A stretch of 63,751 bases of DNA, counting the filler, from Choristocarpus tenellus KU-1152 (Eukaryota > Protista > Phaeophyceae): assembly GCA_964200185.2 (NCBI GenBank). It is 13 parts of 13 records of this genome, joined end to end, with 100 filler letters (N's around TTAATTAATTAA, not from the genome) between each part and the next. Parts side by side here need not be neighbours in the genome. Positions count along the whole stretch, not along the records: positions 1 to 2,914 come from CAXNAD020023691.1; positions 3,015 to 9,906 come from CAXNAD020007133.1; positions 10,007 to 13,860 come from CAXNAD020017556.1; 10 more parts are not named here. One strand, 5' to 3'. Below, piece by piece: positions 1-13,509 of the stretch. The notes under the pieces are model-generated. The model saw nothing but the letters and a program-made list of their open reading frames with translations. It was not told the origin of the DNA and searched no databases. The first letter of the stretch is position 1; every line of letters starts with the position of its first letter. The position numbers were made by a program, and so were the translations under genes.

Positions 1-354
1 GATCTGCTGATTGTGAGCAGGAATTCTTGAGGGGGATCTGGCATGCTGGTTCCAGCGTTTGCTCCTTGACCACACTGGCTCCGGTGGCGCGCTAGGGCTA
101 ATGAAGAGCTTTCCCTCCCTTGGTGGGCCTCATGTGGAAGGTCAGCTAGCGCTTTGTCCTGAAGGAGTCAAAACGAATCCTGTTCAGGAGGCGTGTGATC
201 TCGTGCTGAGCCCTCCTTGTGATCCTGGCGTCATGAGCTCTATATCTATTGTGGCGGGTACGTACGGTGAAAAACGCAAACATGCCACAGAGGGCGAGCT
301 ACTATTACCTCCTTAGTGATATACTTCACAGTTAGAGGAGTCTACTCGAAGAGG

Positions 355-1388
355 TGTAATGACCAGGCTAGATATTGCAAATGAAGTTTGTGAGGTTGCC
401 AAGCTTGGTCGAAGTTTCAAGGTTACATATATATTGATTGGCATGCGTTAGGGTTTTTTTGCTCAAACTATCTGGGGGGTGGCGGCGGCTATCCATTTGG
501 GCTCAACATTTTCATATATCACGATTTTTGGGTGATTTGGTTGCATAAGTTGGATGGACAATGTAAATGCACTTTTCCCGATTTTGAGCCAAATGGACAC
601 CCTCGTGTAGATCCCCCCCCCCACCTCCCAGATACTCTGGGTCTTTCTTATTTTAATACTTCGAAGTACATGTCCAAGATTTGGATTGATTTTTTGTGTT
701 CTTGATACTGATTGTGATTTAAGTGCGTATGCTGATGCTAGTTATGCTGAGGATTATGTAATCGTAGGATAAGTGGGGAGCCATCTTGTTTTTTACAAGA
801 AGATAAATATCTCGGATGTCAAAGGTCCAAAAAAGGTTGTAAAACCTGCCTTGGACGGAGAGTGAGTACGTAAACCTTTAACAGTGTGGTGCAGGAATTG
901 CTTTTCTTGCGAAAGCACAATGCAGTTCGTTCGCCCACACTGCAGTCCCTTAGGCGTTGCATTGACATATTTGAAGATGACGATTGTGCATACAAACTAC
1001 TACACATGCCACAAGCTCTACGAGAGCAAAACATATTGATGTCCGACACCATTTTTGGAGGGACATAGTAAGAAGAAAGGGAGACTTTTTTCTATGGTGC
1101 TTCAAACTGGAGGGCAGATGTGCTGACAAAGAATTTCCCATTGAAAGCTTTCAGACAACATTTGTGTTTTTTTATGAACATGCAGAAGTGTAATTATGCG
1201 TGTAAATATATTGGTTATTTAGTCTAAGCTTCCTCAGCAAAGGGAGGATGTCACGATAATTGTGTTCCGCTTATGTTGATGTGCTGATATACCAGTAAAT
1301 ACCACAGTGTGACAAACAGGTTAATGTATACGATTTTTTTTTTTATATACATACATATATATATATATTTTTATTATGCCCTCTGACA
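355..1388 (+). mobile_element. Degenerate Ty1/Copia 3' end (RT tail, RNase H, PPT, probable 3' LTR 1249-1388)
   Basis: Frameshifted motifs YADASYAED, VVQELLFLR, RAKHIDVRHHF; purine tract AAAGGGAGGA followed by TGTCA...TGACA. Confidence 0.85.
460..643. mobile_element. MITE family A, complete ~184-bp copy inserted in the Copia remnant
   Basis: Inverted termini GCTCAAACTATCTGGG / CCCAGATACTCTGGGTC, flanked by TTT on both sides; internal sequence matches 51516-51721 and 51822-51989. Confidence 0.85.
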
Positions 1389-1559
1389 TTTTGCAGATGT
1401 GTCAGGGGGGAAACCTATGAAAACTACATATGTCGTTACAAGCCCTAAAAAAATAAAATATATACGATTATTTAATGTTTGGTACAAAATATAGTAGTAT
1501 CGTGAACTCCGGTATGAAGAGTCAGGATTTGTTGGTACGTCGGGTGATGACTGAACATC

Positions 1560-2870
1560 ACCTCTGGGACTCTTTACCCCTGGAGTTTTGGAAGCCCCAC
1601 ACTACTTCCAGACTGTCCGCAATTGGAAAGAAGTGCGGACCGGTTGCCTGTGGCTCTTTTGTTAGAAGGGCTTCAGCCTTTCACGCGGACTGGCGCCCCT
1701 ACCTAGAGGAGCATTTCAGAGGAATGGAGCGGTTTGGCGTAGGGGTCCTGATGGTAGTAAAGCGCGCTCTACTGGACATTCACCTAAGGAATGAGTGTGG
1801 CAAATGGGTCATTAGTGTAGATGAAAGAAACGCCTTCAACAGTGTACGCCACTCGACCCTCATTGAGGCTGTCCCTGGGGCTCTCCCTGAGGCTCTCCCT
1901 GAGACCCTACCAGGACTCCTACCCTACATGTTCAAGGTGTATCGGGGCACCTGTGATCTTCTTTTTCCCCTGGAGGAGGGAGGGATGGAGATATTGCCAT
2001 CAAGGTCAGGGGCACAACAAGGGGACCCCCTTGGCCCCCTCCTCTATTGCATGGCAACTACCAAAGCCCTACAGCGGCTCCAGTCTATCTTTGGACCCCA
2101 GGGGGTTTCCTCGCAAAGTTGTCTGGATGACATACCCATTTCTGCATTTCTGTACGGGAGATAAGCTGCACCACAATATCTGCTTTTGGGCTGCTGAAAA
2201 TTGATGTACACGACGTAGGCATCGTCCTCAACATGGATAATACCTTTGCTGCACCTTCGCAGGGCCACCAGTCCGCGCCCTCAGAGCTAGAACTTCTGGT
2301 GGTCACAGCTGGGATCTTCCTGACCCCGGACCCAAGTGGTTTTGTTACACTAGGGTTTCCAGTGGGAATAGATAAATTTATCTAAGCCGACCTGGCTACG
2401 GTGATGGAGAGGTCAGGATCACAAATGCTGACCGCACACCTGAGTGAGATGGAGGACAAGCAAGTTGCCTGGCTTCTCAACTCATGGTCCCTCTCTTCCC
2501 GCTTAGGTTATTTGGTAAGGGTCACTCCTCCCAACCTTGAACGCTCCACCATAGAACGAGCAGGCAACACCTCACCATGGACGCTAGAGAAGATAGTGGA
2601 GGTAGCAAACTAACCTGAACCCACTGAATTCTTTGGACGGGTGTGTGAAAATGAGTCTCTTCGCCTGGGAACATACCAACAAGTACAGGCACAGGTGCCC
2701 ACAAGTTCGAAGGGGTTCGACCTGTCCTCCCATGAAACATCATGCAGTCTTTGTAGGATCACTCGTGAGTACCCTCCCTACCCTTCTAGCAAGGCAACAA
2801 GGGCCTCATGGAGAGTCTTTCTCACCGCCATTTGTATGAGCCCCACAGTTTGCCAAGACTGGGTAGGCTG
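1560..2870 (+). mobile_element. Degenerate non-LTR retrotransposon reverse transcriptase, CRE-like
   Basis: ORF 1475-2164 has PVACG..RR, FGVG, D..NAFNSV, GAQQGDPLGPLLYC and a decayed YLDD (CLDD); downstream frames are broken by stops. Confidence 0.8.
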
Positions 2871-2914
2871 AGGGTCAAAGTATCTGGGGGGGGGGGGTGT
2901 CGGCGTCTGTTTTT

Positions 2915-3014
2915 NNNNNNNNNNNNNNNNNNNNNNNNNNNNNNNNNNNNNNNNNNNNTTAATTAATTAANNNNNNNNNNNNNNNNNNNNNNNNNNNNNN
3001 NNNNNNNNNNNNNN
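2915..3014. other. Artificial contig spacer (first of 12)
   Basis: N-run + TTAATTAATTAA (stop in all six frames) + N-run, 100 nt. Repeated at 9907-10006, 13861-13960, 17558-17657, 27820-27919, 31129-31228, 34229-34328, 37879-37978, 45281-45380, 48271-48370, 51722-51821, 58720-58819. Confidence 0.98.
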
Positions 3015-3416
3015 CCCCCTCCCCTCAGATACTTTAGGTCATGTCGATGTAATCAATACAACAACAACACAGCAGTCGAATATTTGCATTCAGATTCTAA
3101 GATGTCCAATGTATTCTGTCTTCATGTGTCCTCTGGCAGCATTGATAAATGTAAGTGAACACGAAACCATATATTTCCCCCAAATTCTGATCCTTCAATC
3201 TTGAAGGGGAAGGTTTGGAAGCTCTGTTATACAAGAACAAAACACACCCCAGGAACCCCTGCATTCTGATTAATCTCTTTATACTCTTGCCATCACATCC
3301 TTACCCTCCTCTCTATACTCTCTTCTTCCTGTAGCGAGAACATCACCCAGATAACTAACCTTAGAGCCCTCCCCCAACCCTTCCTCTCTATCTCTTTCTT
3401 TCAATATATGCTCAAG

Positions 3417-6400
3417 ATACAACTATGCCCTCAGTGTGATTGGCAGAGGCATACGGCCAGGCCTCCACTTTGCCTTCCAGAAGCATGACTTTGGACCCTG
3501 CTTCCTAACTCCACCTGGTGAGGTTGGACTATTATCACACACTTGTTGATTGGCAAGAACTATGAAGGAACGGCTAGAAGAACTTGCACACATTTTGCAC
3601 TTTTTTGAATGTGCAATCTTTAATCACTGTACACTGTTCCTTGAGTCCACATATAGTTCCATCAACTCCAACTCTACACCCTGACTCCATCTTACCCATA
3701 GCATAGAGTTCTTCCCCCCATCACCCCCTGTTCCTAATGCAGTCTCACTCCACCCCCGATTCCGGGCACCGTTCTACCCTGTGCTATCCCTTAGGGTCAA
3801 TTCCCAATCCAGAGCGCGTGATCCTCCGTGTGACAAACCGGGACACATTATCAGCATTGTCCCTAGACTGCATCCACCAGCGAGATCGATGTCTATGGGT
3901 GGAGTGTGAGCCATGTGTTCTGGAGCCAGGGGCTTCAACTGGCATTCCAATCTGCTTCGCTCCTCGTGAGGCCAAACAATATGCTTTTGGTGTTCCCTTC
4001 CTTGTGAACGGCTCATACACTGTGAAGGTGCTTGTCCTTGGGGAGGGATGTCCAACAAGGCTAGAACTCGCCAACCCAGCCCAGAAGCACTTAACCTTTG
4101 GAACAGTGCATGAAGGGAAGGAGGTTGTAAAGCAGGTGAGATGCAGGGAAATGACCCAAACCTATACAGTGCTTGACTTCCCCCTACTACTCTTTATCTT
4201 CACCACCTTGTCCTCATGATGGCATCTCAGCTCAGAATGTTTACACTTGAGCAAACTATTATGAAATTGCACTTAGATTGGTATTCTACCTTGGCTATTA
4301 ATGGGAAAGTTGGAAGCTTTCAGTCTCCTCATTATATTTTCAATGAACTGTGGATCTCAGGAACAACATATTAGCACTCCACTCGTAGCATAATAGTCAG
4401 GAGTATGCCCATTAACATACTCCATAGTGTAAGGTTTTCTGAACAAACTTCAAAAAGGGAATGTCCATTTGAAATATTGAGTCTACAAGACTCTTCTTCA
4501 TTAATTTCTGGGACTCCAATCATCAGAAATGCTAGGAGGTGTTGCAACACCTCTTCGCAAAAAAAGTCAGGTTTCTTCATCATGAGGAAACACCTGAACA
4601 AATACTGGTCAGTAAACAGAGATACAGTTTGTGCTATTTTATTTTGAGTGAAGAATGTCTGCACTAAGATAAATTTATTAGGTGTTTGGACAAGGATAAT
4701 CAGTAACTAGCTGCAGCATTTGCTGTCTATCCAAGGCTGTTGTAAGTTGCTTGTGTTTGTCATTGGCAATCTGTGACGTTCTCGATGTTTTCTGACTTGC
4801 AATCTCTGGCATTTGGACTCTCACCTGCATATTGATTACTGTACCACCATCCCCAGTGGTATGTTCTAACCCTTGTTTTATTTCCTCCTTTAATATCTTC
4901 CATGACACTAATTCAATATTCAATACCCCTAGTGCACTCAACAAAAATTAAGTCGTCATGCTCTTGAATTCCATTGTGGTACAGGAATGGAAGACTCAAA
5001 CTTGAGTACTAAAGTCACATCGATGTATTAGCAATGAGACCTCCCAGCCTTTACGCCACTTGTGTGTCATCGTGGCACTTGCCCTTGATTCCAGGATGTA
5101 TTGATTCATGAGTCGTCCTATGAATTTATTGTTACATAGAGCATCAAGCTCAATGTGAAAAATACCAAAATAGGACTTCCCAAATATCTTCAGGTTGTAG
5201 CTAGAGCTGGATAGGTAACTACTTTAACAAACAATTTTGATGACTATCCAATAGCTGATCTTGGATGAGTTGGACAGTTTTATCTCTATGATGAATGTTA
5301 TATTCAGAACATCTGGATAAGAAAATAAAATGCAACAAAAAAGGAAGAAATAATATAGATGGAAATCCTATTTTATTCTGATCAGGCTTGAGTTGGACGC
5401 TGGATATCCCTTTGTTGTGATATCACTTCAGAACAGATGGATAAGGAAACAGAAGTCAACCAAAATTCAGCTGAAAAAATGGAAAATAAATTCCTATTTG
5501 TCCAATGCAGAAATTTACTCCACAGGCAACATCATCAACAACTTTGCCAACAAAAATGAGATTGATGAGGTATATTAATTGCTCTTGGGGATTTATTTTC
5601 GTTCTTAGTATTGTAGTACTAATATTACCACATTAATTTAGGAATTTGAGCAATCAAGAACCACCTCTTGTTATTAACTGTGTGAAACTATCTTATAGGA
5701 TGTCAGTATACTGTACATTACACAATCCAGAATGGTGATATAGTGATTGCTCGGTCATGCTTGAAACATGAAAGGATGTTCCTAACCGTGGTAGAATTTC
5801 AATATCTTAGTAATGCTCAGAACATACTCTTTGAAGGGCCAAGTCTATTTTATTTTAAACCAGTACATCATTACTTTCTCAACCTGGACCTATCTAGAAA
5901 AATATTTCAAATGTTTCGACCTTTCGAGAGTGATTGGAATATACTGTACAAGGGGTCAACAATATTTTGATTCCTAAAATACAGATGAAACATTGGGTGA
6001 AAGAATCATAGAGGGTACGAGTTTTGCCCTGTTTGTCCATTTGTGACTTGGCTTCCCCCGGGTTTCTTATGAAATTTTACCTACTCCGAATTGTTTTGGA
6101 GTAGGTAAAATGTATACATTATGTAAAGCTTTGTCCGGAACAAGGATATTGAAACTTTGTAACAAGCACAATAACCGAAATTACATCAAAATCGCAACGT
6201 TGGATTTGGCCCCCAAATGGACGGGGCTCTACCTCCCAAGATACTTTGACTAATTTGTTGATCTGGACCCACCTCAAACTCCCGCATCCACCAACAGTGA
6301 AACAAAATCAAGATGCTAGATTGTGCACTTGATCAAATCTAATTTCTGGTTGTGACAAGTATATCTATGTTCAATACACAGGATCAGCTAGGACTGCCAT

Positions 6401-9400
6401 GGTGTTCAGACCAGAAGATGTCTCGATGACTGACCTCAGGATGTTACTCTTGTTACTCTGACACACATTTACCATGTTTCATACTGTGGTGTCATACTTC
6501 CAAAAACTGAAACCTGTCTAAGGCCTTGATTGAATAGTAAGATAATGGAGGACTAAACTATAACCATGTGAATGAATTTCTTGTGAATGACTTTCTTGGA
6601 GTTCTGGACTTTGTTAACATAGTATGTGTAGAGACGGACGACATGCACTATGCTATGCCACCACGTCAGCATTTAATTTTGGGGGGGATTTCTTCTCTGT
6701 AGAGTTTTTGTTTCCCCCTCAAAACTCTCACCCGATGGAACCAACATATCATGTTACTCCAAACATCAAATCAAGAATATTATCTTGGAGTTGTGCTCTT
6801 GGAGTTTTCTTCTTAGTGGTGACAAATATTTTATTGTGACTATGCTTTTGTGCTTCCTTTTTGAAGGTCAAAGTGGTCAACTACTCCAAGCGCGCAATTG
6901 AGTTTGAGCTGGTTGATGAGGAGGACATTGGAATGGGGCACCTGAGTAGAAGAGGAGTGAGGTTTTCCCCGGCAATGCCCACTGTCTTGGGGACAAGGGA
7001 GAGCGTGATGGTCGAGGTAAAGTGTCTAGGAGTCTACTCTTTGTCCTTGCTCCGTCTATTCTGACCAAACACGCAATTGAATTGGGTATTTGGGGTGGCC
7101 TTCGATCCCAGTTATGGAGGAGGGGAAAATAAGGTCATGCTTCGCCTGTTGTTTTTATTCTTGAATTGTCAGCCCTATCAATACCCTTTATACTTGTTGT
7201 CTTGACATGATATTTTGCAGCTCTGCAAACATCCATTGCTTTTCCATTTGAAATTTATCAATACTTCAACTTGTTCCAATATCCGACTTCTATCTTCTGT
7301 ATCAGTCGGAGGAGAGAGTTTTTCCCCATTGAGCATTGGCTCAGGGGAGATGTTCAAGATTTGTGGTGTTTGAGTGCCAGCGCAAGAGTCTTCCACTAAG
7401 CTGTATCATTGGCATTATTGAAATCATAATACATCGTACATCATTCTATAACACAGAGTATTGGGAGGGGGGGGGGAACTCTGTCACAATTCCACTGTAA
7501 ATTGCACACTTGCAAATTTAGCATGCCAAAACAGAAATATATGGCATGTTAGTCAATATTTTGCTGGCTTATGGTCAAACCTGCTTCAGATGCCATGCTA
7601 AATTATGGTGGTTGCGGTGGAAATCTCCACCACAGACTGTGAGCCTCCATTCACTATATGCAAGACGAAAGGTCAGTTTGCCATGATGATTAACCCCCTT
7701 CTACAACCATTTCATCCCTTGCCCAACAACAACACTGTAGGTATCGTTCTCACCAGAGACTCGCATGCCTGCATTCACCGAGACACTGTTTGTCCGGGCA
7801 GGGGCTACCTCTGAGCCATGGTGTCTCCTATCAGTCTCTGGCCAGAGCACAGGGATGGAAGTGGCACTGGGAGTTGATGCCCTCCCTTTTGGAACAGTAT
7901 GTAGCGGCAGCCAGCGAACACAAAAACTCGCCTTGGAGAATAGAGGAGATCTCCCTGCCAGGTTCAGGTGAATCGAGGGAGAGGTATATCATAGTTCAGA
8001 AGAGGCAATAGCACTGTTGGGCTAAGCATGGTAGAAATACATGCAAATTCGTTGACAATTGGAAGTGCAAGGAACAGGGTTCAGTTATTTAATTAGGGTA
8101 GTAATTTATCCAGTATCATAGTGCAAGTACAAGAAGAATAATGATGGTACATGTCAAACTACTTTTATGGTATGCGGTAAGCATCGTGTTGTCATAACAA
8201 ACCAGCAACCCCCAATAAAAAGTTGACAGTCCCAGAGAGCCAAAATGCCAACAAATCTCGTCATATGTGGTGTGCACAGACCTTGGAATAGGAAACAGTA
8301 TGTTTCAGATCAAAACATTTTCTCCACTCCAATAGAATAAACCAAGAGGATCATTTTTTATCATATTCTTAAGGCATAGGACTTCCCTACGAACATATTT
8401 ATTCCATCACAGAGTTTTGGTGTTAGGTGACCTCATCCACCTTAGGTTTCATCATTTTTCTCAGCCAACATTCAAGGTTCAAATTTCCTAGCACACTGAA
8501 ATGGCATGCACCTAAGTCTAGACAAAAAACTGCCTTGTGGATAATTGTAAATCAAGAAGAAAATTGGCAATGGTTGACGAGAAACTACGTTGCGAATATA
8601 TGTCAGCTAGGTAAAATTTTTGCAACGATTGACATATTGGGCCGAGATAAATCTCATCAAGAGAAGTGTTGTGAAAAAAAATGAATGCATCACTCTTGTC
8701 TAGATGAATTAGAGCTTACAAGCTTTCCTATGTCCATATTTCAAACTTCAGCATCTTAAGGAATATGTCGATGTGTGTGGAGGGTGGTCATTGACATTTC
8801 TGTGTTGCATAGGCCATGAAAAATTTTATTTCAAAGAAAGGATTGGGGATTTCTTCAAGATTGTTTTATCTGAATGTTTCATTGTAGAGCTCTAAATACA
8901 TTTTCGAACTATCAAACAACGATTGGAGATTCAACCATGCCCCCATGAAGAAAATAGCAATTCAACTTCGGAATAAATTTTGGGAAAATACCATACAGTA
9001 CATACCATAGCCTCCAATCCAGCTATCCCTACTTCTCATATAACTCTCTCACTCCCTGCCCAATGCTTCACTCTTCTCACACCTCCAACCATACCAATAT
9101 TATATTTCCCAGGTGGAGTGAGACTACTTTTGGTGCACACTTTTTGGTGTCACCCACAGAGGGCATGCTGGCCCCATTGAGCGAAATCGCACTTGATGTT
9201 ATCTTCACCCCACAATGCATAGATGATGATATCCGTCAGGAGGGCGTGCTGTGCAACATCGAGGTGCAGTCTAGGCCTACTTTTTGGGGGAAGTTGATAG
9301 ATTTTGCATCAATGAATGGATACATATTTATATATCGGAGTACAAGCTCAAAGACTATGCAATACTGTTGATACCTGGGCATGGTTAATACTGTCTTTCA

Positions 9401-9906
9401 AATCCAGTTTTAAATTAAACCCTGTCCACTGTTTCCAGTATTGCGGGCTCTAATTCTGTCTTTGTATTCCTTACCTCCCGTCTAGTACACTGTCACGTCT
9501 CCTCTAGCCACCCCTCCCAAGTGATACTACCCCCTCCAACATAACTCCACAGCCCCAAGAATAAAGATAAGACATATTGTACACTAAGTTGCCCCCACAA
9601 ACCACCCTCTCCCTGCGCTCACTTCAACTAAATCATGGTATTCTTCTGGTAGGGCAATGCTCCTTTAAAGGTAACTCTGACAGGGTCATGCATGCCCCAG
9701 CCAGCAGACAGTGTGCATGTTCTCTCCTTCTCCTCTCGGGCAAGGCAGGGAGAGACCAAGGAAGTGGAGTTGACGAATCCCACTGACAAGCCTTGGTTCA
9801 TCAGTCCTGTTCTTAAAGCAGAACACTGGAGGGGGGCAGGGGAAGTGCAGGTACCAGCAAAGGGGACCGCTACCTACAAGGTGGAGTTTATGCCCCTATC
9901 CATGAC
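3417..9906 (+). CDS. HYDIN: HYDIN-like central-pair protein, internal exons 3417-3517, 3795-4135, 6867-7016, 7741-7967, 9113-9263, 9653->9906 (partial)
   Basis: Six GT-AG-bounded exons with compatible phases and no stops. They give tandem ASH/Ig-like repeats: YALSVIGRGIRPGLHFAFQKHDFGPCF, FAPREAKQYAFGVPFLVNG, LPFGTVCSGSQRTQKLALENRGDLPARFRW, VELTNPTDKPWFISPV. Confidence 0.85.
5995..6252. mobile_element. MITE family B (258 bp) in HYDIN intron
   Basis: Termini GGGTGAAAGAATC / GATACTTTGACTA; TSD ATT (5992-5994, 6253-6255); internal hairpin ATTTTACCTACTCC..GGAGTAGGTAAAAT; homologous to 31884-32138 and 32307-32566. Confidence 0.88.
8300..8880. repeat. Old, degenerate foldback/inverted repeat in HYDIN intron
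   Basis: Nested inverted matches around ~8605: CGTTGCGAA/TTTGCAACG, GTCTAGACAA/TTGTCTAGAT, TCAGATCAAAACA/TGTTTTATCTGA. Boundaries approximate. Confidence 0.45.
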
Positions 9907-12750
9907 NNNNNNNNNNNNNNNNNNNNNNNNNNNNNNNNNNNNNNNNNNNNTTAATTAATTAANNNNNNNNNNNNNNNNNNNNNNNNNNNNNNNNNNNNNN
10001 NNNNNNTTGGAAGAGTCAGCAAAATAGAGAGTTTTTTTACGGAACCGGCCGTCCCCCCACCCCCCCCCCCCCCCCCCCAGATACGTTGACCCAGTGGTTG
10101 TTGTTCACCTTGCTTCCTCACAACGTTTGTCCGAGACTTTGCTGTTGGCAGCTGCCCTCAACAGAGTTCCCCCCCTTGGGTACATACTATATTGCTGCAA
10201 GTGCTGGATCATAGTGTGCTACCAACAGATTGTTTGAATTGCTGCTGGTAGAGGACAAACACCTAGATATCACAAGCAATCGTGAGACCGAACATAGATG
10301 CTGTGGGGGTGTGTGAGCAAACTGAAGCTTCCCTTGCGGAGCGTGTGCAGTAGTAGAGCTCTCGCTTCCAAGTAAGCAAGATCCAGCATAAAACAAAATA
10401 GAGTGCAAAGGGGCGAGTATAATTTCCGAGATAGAAGGGGAAGAGGATGGACTGTCTTCCTTCCGCCATTGAAATATTTTAGCTGTGTATGAGAAGGAGG
10501 CGACCTGCCACTTTAGAGCACGACACACACTAGAGTACTCTGGACCTCATAATATTAATTCCTATTTCTTGAAACAATTACAAGTATTACTTTGGAGATC
10601 TTAGTACTATTTGCGGACGTTGTTTCAACAGATGCGTGCATGTCCACATACTGTAGCACATCACTGGATCATAGTTACCAGCCGTGTTTTTGGACACTGG
10701 CATGTCCACCAGGTTTCGAAGGTGTTCTTAATAGTATTACTAAGTATTTGTCCTAACTCTAACTCCGAATAGTAAACTATTATATAGGGCAAGGTCCCTC
10801 AAAAAACAAATAATCTAGCACACACTTTTTTCGAGCATCTTTTCCCCTTATGTTGCAGTAGTAGTTTATTACTGTTTACACTCAAGTTGCGTATTACTTT
10901 GAGGGAGGTAAAATAGAGGGTTGCTTGCTAGTGAATTTCTCACGTCACCTCTCTTCCAAAGCAAAATGATGATAATATCTCACCAGACAAATCTCCAATC
11001 CCCAACCTTGCAAAACGAACAGATGTTTGAATTATAAATGATAAGAGAAAAAAAATGGTGCATCTATTGGTTGATGTGTGTCTATCTAACCTAGCTGAGA
11101 GCTTAACTTTATGTAGTTCAGAAAGTTGAAGCGCAACAAAGTTATGGTGTACGTGTGCCACGCACTCTGCAGGGCAGAGTTAGAATTGCAGTACAGGTAG
11201 AATATACACTGATCTCATCCAAAAATGTATTGGGCACATCATCAGTATATCCTCCAGGTCCAAGGAAACAACTTATTCGCCACAAAACAGAGGACCCTTA
11301 CTATTGATAACACATTATGTGAAAGAGAAACAAGCAAGGGGAGTGTATACTGTATGTAAATAATGCGATATCACAGTACAGGGCATACTCCTGGACAAAA
11401 TTACTGTTCATCTTCTAAGATGACCATGCAATACTGTGAGCAAATACACTACAAGTCTCGACATTTGTTACACTTGCTGATGAAAGTTCCATGCACGTGC
11501 CCTACCCAGGCAGTTGGTCAGGATGGGGGTTAGGGAGGAGAGATTGAGACCTTCATCAGGATGCCGCTTGCTTGGAAATACAGTGAGCAGTGTGTTTACG
11601 TAGAGCATAGTTCAAAATACAAACTGTTTACTCTCTGGTCTACATGTACATAGTATGAATGATGGGAGGAAACTGTCATCCACAACTGTGCACAGTACGT
11701 TGAGGCGTGTCTCAACCAAGTACTACTGATTTTACAAATCATTGGAATACTATGTAACTCATTCATTGAAACAGGAGAACAGAAGATTTCCTGCACAGTT
11801 CATTTTTTTGTCGGTTTGGAGATTTTTCTTTCTGTAGTACCTCTGCTTACATTACAAAACGCTTCACCAAGGTAAGCCCATTCTTTGTTATTGTAGACAC
11901 TATTTTCTTGTGCTCCATCTTCTGACAGAAATTGATCAACAAATACAATACAACAGCTGGAAATGTGTTTGTGCTCTTAACCTACTTATGTCATTGCGTT
12001 TGAGACAATGTTTACTCTAGTGCACCAAAGTAGTTTGGAGTCGAGGATAGTTGCTCTACAAGTACATACTCCTCATGGTACTCATAAGGGCAATCTGTTA
12101 GTAGTACCTCACCGTCAGATCAGACAAAGAGATATTATGTAACAAGAACTCTTCTACGTGCACAAGAACTACCAGAGGAAGGCACACGGGTACAGTACGG
12201 TCTGGACAAAATTCCAAGTGGACCATACAACGCAAGTCCGCACTACAATCCCCCAACTTTCCTGTTATCTTTCACTCATGTCAGCTACCACAGCATGGAG
12301 AGAGATCAGAGAGAAGGGAAAATGGTAAACGTGCTCAAATGGACATTATGCACATAGAAGTAAATGAAGCAGATTCTAGCCTGCCCAAATCCTTCAGATG
12401 CCTTCAAAGGGGGGAAAACGGCATCCTGAGTATATGGAACCTGACCCAAAGCTAGGAGACTGTTGCGACAATTAGCTATCTCATGGGTACCAAACCAGGC
12501 CCACTGTTTTCAGCATAGCTGCTCCGTCCTTGCTACCCTCAACAGACCCTTCAAACCCTGGCATACCCACAACAAAAAAGTCAAAACAAGCACCATTCCT
12601 ACACCTGCCCAGTATTATCTCACCGGGCTCACAATAATACCCTGTGATGGTTGGAAAAGGGATACATGTTGCAAGGTTATGAATTTATCCAACTTGATAG
12701 GTTGAGAGAAGCTCTCTTATTTCTTCACACTTACACAAAAACACTTGGGG

Positions 12751-13509
12751 TCAGGGGCACCCATTGGTTTTGGCCCACTCCAAAATATCAAAATGACCAG
12801 CCTCAGCTGCAAAGCCAGATGTCCGCTCATCCCATGGGCAGCCGTTATCCCTGGCCCACTTCAAAGTCTCTAGTTGCCCAGCCCTCGCAGCAGAGGCACA
12901 AGTCCGGGCATCCCAAGGACAACCATTAGCCACGGCCCAAGCCAATGTACGAACATGTCCACCCTCCGCGGCATTTGAAGGTGTCAAACCGTTCCACGGA
13001 CATCTGTTTGCCCTGGCCCATTTTAATGTTTCTAGGTGCCCACCTTTTGCTGCGGAAGCACACGTCCTTGCATCCCACGGACAATCGTTGGCTCTGGCCC
13101 AAACCAACGCCTCGAGGTAGCCACCCTCCGCCGCTCGGCTGCAAACGTACCAATTCCAGGGGAAGCCATTCAGCGTTGCCCAGATCAACATGTTGAAATG
13201 CCCACCCATCGCCGCACAACAACAGGTCATTTCATCCCATGGGCAATCATTTGCCTTTGAATATTCAAGCCCCGTCGCATCTTGCCGGTCTTTATTTTGA
13301 GACTCCTCCTTCCAGGGGCATCCACAGGCTTTTGCCCATGCCAGTCGAGATGCTGACTGAACTGTCGCCTTGACGCCAGTGACAGCAGGGAGAGTACCAG
13401 CCCAGGCACCTCGCCACGTCCGACACACTCCCGCAACGAATAGGAAGTCCTTCGTGCAAGAGAAATTAATGATGCGTTGAACAATATCCTTGTTCAGTGC
13501 GAGAGCCAT
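12751..13509 (-). CDS. Intronless F-box-like + ankyrin-like (CPW-type) repeat protein
   Basis: Open ~252-aa frame from ATG 13509. N-terminal LNKDIVQRIINF...FVAGVCRTWR followed by ~7 repeats of CPWDARTCASAAxGGHLETLKWARANG. Confidence 0.85.
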   Translation of the reverse strand: MALALNKDIVQRIINFSCTKDFLFVAGVCRTWRGAWAGTLPAVTGVKATVQSASRLAWAKACGCPWKEESQNKDRQDATGLEYSKANDCPWDEMTCCCAAMGGHFNMLIWATLNGFPWNWYVCSRAAEGGYLEALVWARANDCPWDARTCASAAKGGHLETLKWARANRCPWNGLTPSNAAEGGHVRTLAWAVANGCPWDARTCASAARAGQLETLKWARDNGCPWDERTSGFAAEAGHFDILEWAKTNGCP

